From Glaucostegus cemiculus (Eukaryota), in the NCBI GenBank assembly GCA_976551045.1, contig CDPCPM010000281.1, forward strand, positions 9,424,001 through 9,488,000: a DNA stretch of 64,000 nt, given 5' to 3'. Position numbers and translations under genes: made by a program. This document shows, piece by piece, positions 1 through 11,432 of the stretch. Under the pieces are notes generated by a model. It was not told the origin of the DNA and made no database searches. It saw only the letters and a list, made by a program, of their open reading frames with translations. Position 1 is the first letter of the stretch; every line of letters begins with the position of its first letter.

Positions 1-360
1 GCTCGAATGCAAAAGTCTTTATCACGTCTCCGGCATAGTACTGACTGAATGCCACATTCTGAGATGTGCCAAATTTTGGATGAGAATCTGAGGTCCCAAC
101 CTTTCTCTCCTGTGGACGTTGTTGACCCCAGTGCATGATTCTGGAAAACAGCAGGGAAGTAGCCCCAGTTTCTTGGTCTGTATTACCTTTTAAACAAAAT
201 CATTAAAATACGGCTTATCTGGTTATAGTGGCATTGGTTAGTTGTGGGATCTTGCTTTGGGCATTGGCTGCCACTTTTGGTGCATCACTACACTTCAGCA
301 TTACAATGTGCCAAAAAGGAAGTGGAAGGTGCCATATAAATGCTAGACTGTCTTCCTTTC
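1..360 (+). mobile_element. DeuSINE (SacSINE1/AmnSINE-like), degraded
   Basis: Deu-domain-like blocks (ttatctggtt...gttgtgggatcttgct...ttggctgcc) and L2-type tail gccatataaatgctagact. Confidence 0.6.
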
Positions 361-704
361 ACTCAAAGAAAAAACATCCCAATGACCAGATGGGTGGGTT
401 GAGAAACCATTCTCAGGATGGCTGTGATTATCACATTATAACTACAAGCTGCTCATGAGTGACCTGAATTAAGTGTTCTTCATTGTTGGTTTACTTTAAA
501 TGGAGACTGCTTTGACTGAGCTGGTGGATGACAGAGGTGCATGATAGTTCTGTCTATTGCTTCCATAATACAATCCATGCCTATCCTAATATATTGTCCC
601 TACCATCCTTAGACAGCTGACGGTTGTATGTCAGCACACAGAAACATAGACATCAAGAATTAAGCACTTGAATCAAGCACACAAGCTGTTTTACCCAGTC
701 CAGT

Positions 705-1530
705 ATCTTAGAATGATATGATGCAGGAAGCCATTCTGCCCATTTGAGATGGTGCTTCCTCTTTGGTGAAGCTTGCCAATTAATCCCACAAACCTATCCT
801 TTGTAGCCCTCCTATCTTGTTATTCTGTCAGACATTAATCAGTTCTCATTCGAATGTGACTGTTGAATCTGTTTTTCCACCACCTTTTCAGAATGTAAAT
901 TCTAGGTCACAACAATTCACTTTCCAAAAAAACGTTAAACCTATGTCCCCTTGTTTCGAGGGGTAGAAGTGTTAGTAACAAGTCGCCCTGTATTCTGCTT
1001 TGATAAAGAAACAACATCAGCTTCTCCCATTAATGCAAACATTGACACCCTTCAGACAAGGTGGTGCCCAAATTGGATTCTAGCTGAGGCCTGAACAATA
1101 TTTGATAAAGGTTTATTACAACATCTTTGTTTTTAGCTGAGGGTCTGTTAAGGTTACTAAGGACCCCTTATGTTTTGTCAGCAGACTTTGTAACCGTCAG
1201 GCCATCCTTAAGATTTTTGTATGCACACCTTCAGGTTTCTCTGTTTATGCATGCTCTAAGATTGTGCCATTTCGCTTGTATTGCCCTTCCTCATTCTCTT
1301 TGACAAAATGTCTCTCGTGGCACATCTCTGCACTGCATCTCATTTGCTATCTATCTATATCCTCTTGGAGTCTGATGCTATCTTCTGCATTTCCATGTTC
1401 TGTGTCTCCTGCAGACTAAAAGGTGCCCTGTCTGTCCAAGCTAAGGTTACCAGTATGTATCAAAAGGAACCAAGGCACAATGGCATGGACTACAATATCA
1501 GCTAATTGAAGCTACCCCGAGTCTCTGTTG
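705..1530 (-). mobile_element. CR1 LINE 3' fragment, old
   Basis: Begins with the reverse complement of a CR1 tail (agaatgatatg...gccattctgcccatt); internal tagctgaggcctgaac block typical of minus-strand CR1 ORF2 3' region. Confidence 0.6.
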
Positions 1531-1610
1531 TCTCCTGCAGTTGTTAATGGTGCAAGGAACAATAGTGGCTTCAAGCAACTTCAATCATCCATTTACAGTG
1601 TTAGCAAATA

Positions 1611-1900
1611 CAGCGTGGCACAGTGATGTAGCAGTTAGTGCTGCTACCTCACATTGTCAGGGACCTGGGTTTGATCCTTGGGCGCAACTTGGGCAAAGTT
1701 TACACCTTCTCCTTGTGACCATGTGATTTCCTCCCACATTCCCAAAGATATGTTGGTAGTTCTTTAGTTACTGATGCTCCTTAATGTAGGTAAGAGACAA
1801 AGAGAGTCAAAGGGCAGTTGAACACTTGAGAGAGAAAGGGTTGCAGGAGAATGAGGATGGGGGAATGGGACTGATGGGCTCTGCTGGGAGCTGGCTTGAT
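1611..1900 (+). mobile_element. V-SINE (HE1-like tRNA-derived SINE)
   Basis: tRNA-like head (gtggcacagtg...gggtttgatcc) followed by V-domain ttcctcccacattcccaaagat. Confidence 0.7.
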
Positions 1901-3716
1901 GAACTGTAAATAACTTATTGAAGTTTCTTATTTACCAAAAGGCCATCACAATATGACTGGGCATCATGGTGACGTCATTATGGCTAGTTGAGGGGAGGGG
2001 AATAATATTAAAAGTTCTATATACTAACCATTTCAGCAGCTTCCACTTAACACTCCATGCAAACATGAGTTGCATTATAATGTTTAGTCACATAAATAGT
2101 TTGACTGCATGTTACCTGTGGCACAAACATTCAGCTTATGGCAGGTGCTCAGGGTGTAACCTACACATGGTTAAGACTTTCAGAACCATTTGTGACTCTG
2201 GCATTATGACATCCTTGTTGACTCTGGATAAATTACATCTCATTGCTCATGATTATGGTGCTCTTTAGTTGGTCTTTAGGGGTTGCTGAGGGCACTGCAT
2301 TATGCTAAGTGTTAAATGCTAATTCACTCGTACAGTATTGATTTCACTAGTTTTGCTCAAAGCCTGGTAAAAGGGCAGGTCATACAAGAAATAGGAAGGA
2401 GCAGTGACACCTGGATAGAGAGTCTTCATGGCACGTAGGAAGGGAAAAACAAAGTTGATAAATCAATAAATCTGCTCAAATTGAAAATATTCCTTCAAAG
2501 GTGAAAGCTATAAAAGAAAAAATAGAGTTAATTTAGACGGCTTATAGGATGTCAGGGTAGTGAAAATAAAGCTTGTTGCTGAAGGATAATATTTACAGGT
2601 TTTTTCCCTGTCATACTTAACACACTAGTATCATTGGATGATCAATTGGATATTTGTGTCATTCATAAATAACATGGTGTTTAAATAAGGATACTCCATC
2701 TTCAAGGAGATTGTGTGTGTGTATATGTGTATAGATATTTCTTTGTGAGTGGCACTGTAAACTTTGAGACCTATTCATTTTTTTTAAATGCACCACTTCC
2801 AGCAGATCATTAGCTCAAATGGTGGAGTATTAGACTCCCATTTCATACAAGTTGGCTTTCTGAATCCTAGCCTTGGCTGCCCTCTGTGGTTAAGTTTACC
2901 TTTGATAGCTCAATGTTCAGGATGATTGCATCTTGGGACTGAGGTTTGGAACAAACAAATCCTTGTGCAGAGGCCTTTATCAAGCCCTTATAACATCCAA
3001 AATGAAGTACGTTTTGACCCAAAGAGGACAGATGTTGGTGGAAGATGTAGAAAATAACAACCTGCCATTATATTGTGACATAATGATTATGAAGCATCAC
3101 TAAGCACCTAAGTAGAAACTTTAGGCATTGCCAAACAATTAGAGATTTTAAAGCAATTTATTATCAAAGGAAATATTATTATGCTGTCTAATTGTAATAC
3201 CCTAATGATTTTAGATCATGACATGGAGAGGCCAATCAGATAACTACATTACCACTATGTGGTTGCTTGTTTACAGTACGAGCTGGTTAATTTATCATAT
3301 GCTAACCTGTGTGGAACATTAACCATATTTGAATGAGTAACTGAGCAGATTTACTATGCCTAAAGATAAGACCTTAATTTTGTTTTTATGAATTATAATC
3401 TGTTTATGTGTCGCATAATGACATTTTGTACGGAGATAAGGATGTTGTCTCTTGCATTGACTTGCATGATGAGAACAGCTCGGCTGCAACCTCTGCATTT
3501 TAATCATACACCAGTGCTCGAGATGGCAATCTCATTTCCACAGGAAATGACGGTGTTTTGCAGTATGATGCGTGGCCATGGGCAAGAAGTTTCTGTCCAG
3601 GCCATCTTGTTGTCAGCCATTCCTTTACACTTCTGTGCTTGGAAACTTCTGAATGAAACATAAGGCTGCAAATAATTCTATGTTTTTGATGTATAATCTC
3701 AGAGCAAGAATAATTA

Positions 3717-3921
3717 TGTCCAGAATTTCTTGTCTGAGGTGATCCAGTCACTCTTTGCATTGCTACACCTCCAAAGAAAGCTCCTCTGAGGAATCTCCTG
3801 GTTGCAGTGGGAAGAACCTGATGCCACTTGGCTTCAGTTCAGTAAATCCCTGAGCACAGTCATCAAGCAGGATGAGTAGCCAGTCACAGAAGGAGAAATC
3901 TCAGACAACAAATCGTGAAGC
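3717..3921. mobile_element. Putative MITE with degenerate terminal inverted repeats
   Basis: atttcttgtctgaggt near 3725 pairs 14/16 with atctcagacaacaaat near 3898; flanked by tta and taa. Confidence 0.35.
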
Positions 3922-4139
3922 TAAATGTACATTTTTAAGTTATTTTTGGAAATATTATTTAGAATGCTATACATAGACATACTTAAAGTAGAAGCTGAAG
4001 GTGCAAAATATTTTGGTTTTTGTTTTAATTCCATTGTATTTTGAAATAAAACATGGATATGAGAATATTTATGAGAAGATATTAAACACACATAAAATAA
4101 TTTTTTATCAGAGCAAGACATTTGATGAGCTGTGGTTGA

Positions 4140-5320
4140 TCAAAAACTCACTTAGGTCTCTTGTGGAACCCTCACCAACACCTTTTACAATTGCAAACAA
4201 AACTTCCCTATTTTTAAGCTCCAATGCTTTGCAACAAAGGCCAAAATGCAGTTTGCTTCTTAATTGCCTACCTTCTTGCATTTTTTTGATTTATGTACTA
4301 GAACACCTAGATCCCTCTGTACTTCACCCACTTGTCATCTCTCTTCATTTAGATAATAATCTGCCTTTTGATTTCTCTTACCGAAGTGCATGACCTCACA
4401 TTCCCCATGTTAAACTCCACTTGCCAGTTTATTGCCCACTCACTCAATCTATCTATATCCCCTTGGCGAATCACAGTATCTTTATAAGAACATGACCTTC
4501 CACCTATTTTCTTATCATTGGCAAATTTGGAAATCTTGCATACTGTTCCTTCTTCTAGGCCATTAATGTAAATAGTAAACAATTGCAGACCAAGAATTGA
4601 TCCCTGTGGTACTTCAGTCTGAAAAGGATCCAGTTATTCCAACACTCTGTTTTCTCTGAGACAGCCAGTTTCAATACATTCTAACATGCTTCCAACAGTA
4701 CCATGGGCTTTTAATTTATGCACCAGCCTTCTCAGTGGCAACTAGTCAAATGTCATTTGGAAATCTAAATACACTATTTATACATCATCTATAGGTTCCC
4801 CTCTTTCAACTATCCCCATTACATCGACAAAGAGTTCAAGCAAGTTTGTCAAACATGACGTACTTCTCATAAAGTGTTGATGAAGTTTAATTATATTCAC
4901 CTTTCCTAAATGATTAGCTATTTTCTCTTTGATTATCGATTCCAGCTTCTTGCCAGTAATAGCTGTTAAACTAACCTGCCTGTTGTTCTCTTGTCTCCTG
5001 TCTTTCTCCTTTTTTTGAACAAGGGAGTCACGTTGGCAGTTTTCCAATCTGCTGGTACCCTCCCAGAGTTTAGCAAATTATGAAAACTTTCAACCAACAT
5101 GTCCACTATCTCTGCAGTCACTTCCTCTAAAAATCCTAGCATGCAGGCCATTGGGTCCTGATGACTTGTCCATCTTCCTCCAACATTTTATCCCTTTATT
5201 CGAAATTTGCCTGTCTGATATCTTAGGGATATTGACAATGTCTTCCACAGTGAAGACTGATGCAAAAGATTTATTCAATGTATCTGCCATTTCTCTGCTA
5301 TTATTAATTTACTGGCCTGA
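4140..5320 (-). mobile_element. CR1 LINE ORF2 reverse transcriptase relic, frameshifted
   Basis: Minus ORFs give VPADWKTANVTPLFKK, SCLTNLLELF, FTIYINGLEEG..ISKFANDKKIGG (degenerate FADD) and DRLSEWA..WQVEFN. Confidence 0.9.
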
Positions 5321-5344
5321 TGTTCTTCTCTTAAAATCAATTTG

Positions 5345-5737
5345 AAAACACAGAAAATAAAAGTACCAAATAAACCACTTCAATTGTTTTAAATAATTAA
5401 AAAATGATAAATAATTAAACAAATTGTAACTTTTCCTCAGAGACATGAAATCTTTATTCAACTGAATAGGATCACTGACCTTGTGCCAGGTCTGACTTGG
5501 TACGGGATCTGTGAACAGATTGCCCTATTGTAAATGCAGGGAAATTCCAGCAAGTTTATGCTGCACAGCTGGAGTTCTGAGTGAAGCAGTGGAGCATTGT
5601 GACAGATTTACTGACAGGAATCATGTCAGGGAGTTCAGGATGCTTTGATGCACTGGGACAATGACTCAAATATACTCATGTCTCTACAGGTAAATGCTGG
5701 CAGCTTGCTGTGGAACTGCCAGCAAAATCTTCACCTT
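5345..5737. mobile_element. Non-autonomous DNA element fragment, same family as 47660-48400
   Basis: 5500-5557 aligns with the reverse complement of 47800-47862; ends in aaaatcttcacc, a TIR-like terminus. Confidence 0.4.
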
Positions 5738-5807
5738 TCCATTAAATTTGGAGTACTTTTGAAATTGTGTTTCATCTTTTTAGTGTGCTGCTACATTGTT
5801 GGAAGTA

Positions 5808-5990
5808 GAAATAAAAACAGAAAATGTTGGAAAAATTCAGCAGGTCAAGCAGCAATGTGGAAAGATCATTTCAGATCTGTGGCTTTTTGTTGGTACGAGA
5901 GGAATGCAAGTTAGTTTTCAGTAGGAGAGAACATGAGGGAGGAACGTGTCAAACGAAGGAAATGGCTGTGATAGGGAGAGTTGAAATGGT
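5808..5990 (-). mobile_element. Penelope-like element terminal repeat fragment
   Basis: aaataaaaacagaaaatgttggaaaaattcagcaggtcaagcagc motif shared with other copies in the window. Confidence 0.6.
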
Positions 5991-6121
5991 TTAATTGGAG
6001 CATTTACCAACATATGAAGCTTCTTAGTCTATGTCCTAAATTTGTTAATGGTCAGCCTCTAGAACTGCCTAACAGGCTAAACTATATGTGTTGAATAAGA
6101 AAAATTGAACCACTGTGATAT

Positions 6122-6562
6122 TAAAGCAGAAAATGGATAATGCGTGAAAAACTCAGCAGATCAAGCAGCATCAGTGGAAGGGAAAACCGTTAACACTTTG
6201 AATGAGGTATCTTTTCGTCAGACCTGAGGAATAGAGAAATAAGTTAGTCAAGGTGGCAACAAAGTGAGAAGAGTGATGGGTGGAACAAAAGAAGGTTCTC
6301 TGGTTGTGTGACAAGTGGGATTCAGATTAAGCAACTGTGGCTGTGTAATTTGTTGCTAATTTGGTTATGATCTACTGGGACATGCCCAGCAAAAGCCAGG
6401 CTAAACACAGAGGAAAAGGAAAAAAAGATGGCAGCCAAAAATGGTTCTTGTGCAGACAGGGAAAAAGAGCACGTTATCTAAAGTTGGAGAACTTGATATT
6501 GAGCCCAGCCCAGACAGAAGATGAGGTGGTGTTCCTCAAGTTTGCATTGGGTCACATTGTAA
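6122..6562 (-). mobile_element. Penelope-like element 3' fragment (GIY-YIG endonuclease C-terminus, 3' UTR and terminal repeat)
   Basis: Minus strand 6558-6474 reads NVTQCKLEEHHLIFCLG then, after a frameshift, GLNIKFSNFR*, resembling the C-terminus of Penelope ORFs; terminal repeat has CTGACGA at 6221-6215. Confidence 0.75.
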
Positions 6563-8149
6563 ACAGTTCTAGAGCTCATTCAGATCCTACTGAATTAGTG
6601 ATTCTCTGAGAGTTTGATATGTTAGTGAAGGAGGTGCATGGCTGGAAGGAGAACTCACATACAACACAGCAATGCTGGAAATAATATCATGCTATCACTA
6701 GATATCACAAGTTACCCTCAACAATATACATGCTGCCCTTTAGTGGTGACACTTACTGACACAGACAGATACACACATAAGCATACATACACACAGAAAA
6801 CTCCCTTCCACCATTCACTTACCCCCACTCACTCTACTGCCCCCATCCCTACCCTCTACCTCCCACACATACTCATTGACATTTCCACCATGGGCATACA
6901 CACAAGCAACCCCCTACAAATGGATCACTTGTAAATGTATAATTAAAAGGTTATTTGTCCTAGAGCCTCTATTGAGTCAAAGAAAAGGAGGGAAGCTACC
7001 AAGACTTGATTGGGACTGGGGGTGAATCTGTCAAGCACAGCCTCCCACTAGGTGGAAGGAGAAAGTTCTCCTCCTCCTTGTGACAAAAGGAACCAGTGAA
7101 TTCCTCAGGAGTTAAATTCTTCAAGAAGTACCACTCTTCAGTAGTTTGAGCACAGTCTATATATCATATTGAGTTTTGGAGCCAATTTGTGAAGAACACC
7201 ATTGCGAAATGAGAGGCTGTTCCTATAATGCCAAACTGGAGATGGCTTGCGCTCTTCGTTTTATTGTGAAGGCCAACTGCTGGTTATTTTGTAGACTTGG
7301 GGGCTCCAGTTTTCATCAGGAAGCCATCAGTCACTGTGCACAGCAATTTACATCTTTAGTTGTATATACGACGTGATAAAATAGGACAGTGTAGTGTGGA
7401 CACCAACAAGAAATTCCTGGTCAGTCTCATGATTGAAATAATTTTTGCCTTTAGCAATTAGCTCAAGGTTACATTGATTCTGGATTGTGCAGTGCTGAAG
7501 AAAATAGTGCTGTGTGATCTAAGTTCAAGGCATAAGATGTCTCACCGAAACTCATCAGGATGAGAGCTGTAAGTGAATGAATAGGAACTGCTAAACTATA
7601 TTGAATGAATTTGGGCTGTGCCTGTTCAACTTTGGATGCACCCGTTTGACTCTTAACAATGAATGAATGTGATTGCCTCCTTATTTTATTGCCTGCAGGA
7701 ACAATCTTGAATCATTTGTTGGATGCATTGGTGACAGAGAGTGACTTGTTATGTTTTGACTATTTATCCTGTTCTGGTTTGTGATGTACATTAATTACCT
7801 ATACTTTATTGTGGCTGTAGAATCCAACTTATTGGTTGTAAAAGCTGTGTACAGGATATTTACATTGGCCATTAACATTTTCAAATTGATTCAGTGCATA
7901 AATCGCATCCTCAGTTTTGCAGCTCATAAAATCTGTATTTAAATTCATTCCTCACACTGGATTTGACAAAATGTGCCCACATATATCAGCAGTTCAGAAA
8001 AAGTGAGCCTGTTTCATTGATTGCCTAGTGGTGAGAATACATGTGAACTTATTTGGATTGGATGCAATTGAATCTGATCTCTCTCTGATCTTATGACGGT
8101 CTACATCCAAAGCCATTGCAAACTACTGCACAAAAAACAAACTTGCAAC

Positions 8150-8726
8150 CCGGGCTATGCCACACTGTTGGAGGTGCCAACTTTTGTTAAGCCGAGGCTT
8201 CCTTTGCACACTCAGATAGATATGAAAGATCCCATGTTACTGTTCTGAAGAAAATCAGTGGATTTATCTTTTGTGTCCTGGGCAATATTTATCCTTCATT
8301 TGTCATTATTAATAAAGCCATTATTAATTACCATAGTGGATTTGGCTATTCAGGACAAAAATAAGAGGAAATTTCTTCAACTAGAGGGAGGGAATCTTTG
8401 GAATTCACTATCCAAGGGCGTGTGGAGGTTCTCAATACATTCAGAAGAATGATGGATACATTTTTAGATATTAAAGACATGAGTGCAGGAAAGTGGTGCT
8501 GAAGTAACAATCAGTGATGGTATTATTGATTGTCAGAGCTGGCATGAAGGGCTGAATGGTCTTCTCCTGCTTTGGTTTCTTACGTTCTCTTATTTGTGAA
8601 AGACTGCCATGTTCAAATTGGCTGCCTCTTTTCTTGTGTAATAATGGTGATTATGTCTCAGAAGTATTTCATCGTAAGTGGTTTGAGAGATCCTGAAAGT
8701 GGTCCTATATAAACACAAGTTTCTCT
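8150..8726 (+). mobile_element. DeuSINE split by a nested CR1 tail
   Basis: ggaggtgcc...aaagatcccatg...gggcaatatttatcc before 8340; resumes with caaattggctgcc...ctatataaacacaag after 8590. Confidence 0.6.
8340..8590 (+). mobile_element. CR1 3' end nested in DeuSINE
   Basis: gaggaaatttcttc...gaatctttggaattcactatcc and terminal gaagggctgaatggtcttctcctgct. Confidence 0.7.
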
Positions 8727-8842
8727 ATGAACACACTAAAATGGCTACCTTTAAATCTGGTTATCCAAACTTGGGAGCCAGTTGAATTTATGAGCTTGTT
8801 CCAAAGGCATTGTTGTGATGAGATAGTGAAATGTATAGAAGT

Positions 8843-9048
8843 GGAGACACAAGAGACTGCGGATGCTGGAATGTGGAGCAATAACAAAATGCTGAAGGAA
8901 GACAGTGGGTAAAGCAGCATCTGTGGAGGGTATTGGTTTATTATAGACAGTTGACGTTTCAGGTTGAGACCCTTCATCTGGACTGGGCATTTCCTTCCAC
9001 AGAAGTTGCTTGACCCACTGAGTTCCTCCAGCATTTTGCTTGTTGCAA
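8843..9048. mobile_element. Penelope-derived short inverted-repeat element
   Basis: Starts gagacacaagagactgcggatgctggaa; right arm gacccactgagttcctccagcattttg is inverted relative to the left arm. Confidence 0.75.
8948..8985 (-). ncRNA. Minimal type I hammerhead ribozyme motif (U4A variant)
   Basis: Minus strand reads cagtc-CAGAUGA-AGGgucucaaCCU-GAAA-C-GUC-aacug: helix I, core, helix II, palindromic ACGU helix III and GUC site. Confidence 0.55.
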
Positions 9049-10998
9049 CAAATGGAAATGATTATTTATTCATCAACCTGGTTTTCAAAATAGGAATTCC
9101 ATGGTGCAGCCTGAGAAGGAGGGGAATGGAAACTCCACAGTAAAAGGCAGCTACCAGCAGCAGAATAAACAAAGATGAAAGTTGACTGAGCTATAACCTC
9201 ACCACAATTGCAAGTCCATTTTGTGGTCTTTAAATCAACTTTTATTTAAGTCCCACTTAGCAATGCCGGATGCCAATTTTACGCGGCTATGACTTGTGTT
9301 GATGAGGCAAAAATTGCAGGAAATTGGAGCAATAATATCATAATGTGATTGCCAACACATTTAAATGTCCTGACAGTTTCAGAGAAAAGTGTGTGCAGAA
9401 AAATGTATGGACAATAAGATAATCAGGGAATGCACTATCACAGGTTTCCCTTGCATCTCAGCTTAGCCAGGAAATGTGCAATGGTATGGTCTTCAATATT
9501 CAGGCTTGAGTCGACAATGGTCAGTAGACACTGAGCAAGGCAATGGAGAGAGTGACTAGAGCTGCTTGAACCTTGGTTAGAATAAGAGAGAGGGGGTGAG
9601 ATTAGCATTGCAGATGGTGACAAATGGGGGAAGGAAGACATTAATTGGTGCATCATAATTGAAGTTTACAAGCCTTCTATCTTTTCAAGGACATGAGACA
9701 TTTATTTTGATAACGACCATTGGAACATGACAAATATTTGTCTTTAATAGCATTGGATAATTTAATGAACAAAATATCACATAATGCTATGCAAGATTGA
9801 GGGAGGTTCCAGGGAGGGGAGAGAAATGAGTTTTGTAGAATGAGACTTGTAATTTAATTATAATAGACTCTTTGATACAAGGATAGCCCTGTGGTGAGAG
9901 ATCCAATGAGTCATTGACAACAACTAACTCTTGAATAAAAAGAACATAAGTTTCCCCAAAAAAGGAATATCCCTAATTTCACTTCATATTCATATATTAG
10001 GTGATGTTTTTGAGATGCGTTAGTAAACAAGATTTTAAAAGTTCAAAGATGTTGGTTCTTTTCAAGACTTAGCACTTTTGCAAATCATTTTGTTGATGAA
10101 CCTGTGGAACTTGCAAAGTCAAATCATTATCAGCAAACAAAATAGACAACAGGGAAACTTCCACCACAGTGCCATGTGTCATGTGCTTTAAGTCAGGCAT
10201 TATCCTTTTAATGGTTGTCAGATAAAATGGAAGGCAGCCCCGCTAATTGAAACAGGATCCAGAGTTTTTGTTTATGCAATGCTCCATGTAAGTGTAAGGG
10301 TAATAGCTTGCATGTGGAAGTGGAATGTTTTATTTAACTAAGATAAATTAAAGAAAATATACTGCTCAGCAAGCCGATATGATGTTTTGCAGTATGCCTA
10401 ACACATGAGAAACCTTTTCTCCCACGATAGGATTCTGACCTCTACACTGTGAAGTTGTAGTACTGCATTATGCAGATACTGAGGGAGCAGGTGCTCCTAG
10501 CTTCAGTTTAATGCAACATTAAGAGGCAGAGAGTTGGTTAACACTTTATCAACGCCAAATGAGATGGAACGTGAAATAGTTCCAAGCAGTTGTTGATCCT
10601 ATCTCTATTAAGCACAGTCACACAGCCATGCTGAGTTGGTGTTTGCACTCTGAATCCTAAGTTTAAGCCTCTTGAATTTTTGTGTGTTGAGCTATTTAAG
10701 TGTGCTTGTAAAGTTGGACTTGCTATACTTGTCCCAACCTTGTGCGGTTGTGTGCTGGGTTTGCTTACTTCAAGTCAAATTGTGGTCTGTCATTTTGCTT
10801 TGTCAGACTTTGGAATGGAACAGGCTGTCACCATTATAAACTGACATTAATTTGTTGTGCTGCAAGAAGAACAGGTTGCACAAAGCTGGACTGTTTAATC
10901 ACCAAAACAGATGTTAATGACATTTCGGGGTGTCAGCAGAAATTGGTCTGAGAATCAATAGTCACTGTTCACTCTTCTGTGTGAAAATAGCTGTTACT

Positions 10999-11230
10999 GA
11001 GACACAAGAGACTGCAGATGCTGGAATCTGGAGCAACAAATGATCTGCCGGAGGAACTCAGAAGGTCAAGCAGTATGTGTGGGGGAAAATGAATGGTTGA
11101 TGTTTCGGGTCAAGACCAGGTAACTCCAGATCCCGATGCAGGGTTTTGACCCAAAATCTTGACAATTCCTTTCCTCCCACAGATGCTGCTTGGCCCGCTG
11201 AGTTCCTCCAGCAGAGTTTTTGTTGCTCCA
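10999..11230. mobile_element. Penelope-derived palindromic element
   Basis: Arms 11029-11117 and 11141-11230 are reverse-complementary; extra 30-nt tail 10999-11028 on one side only; decayed hammerhead (ccgatgcagggttttgacccaaaa). Confidence 0.8.
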
Positions 11231-11432
11231 ACTATTACTGAGGCTGGCTAAGCACTATAAACCTGCATTCATAGGCAGACTGCTGCACAACACACTACAC
11301 ACTCACAGCTTACTCTGCATATGGTTCAAGATTAACCTTGCCCTTCTTCCTTACTTTGCTACAGCTACAACCACCTTCCAATGCCCACGTCTTGACCTAA
11401 CCACTTCGAGAATGCCAAGGGTGTTTGAACCC

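Noticed and set aside
9430-9660. ITGFPCI and FNIQA*VD peptides hinting at another Harbinger transposase
   Set aside because: The motifs are too short and wrongly spaced to support without a profile search.
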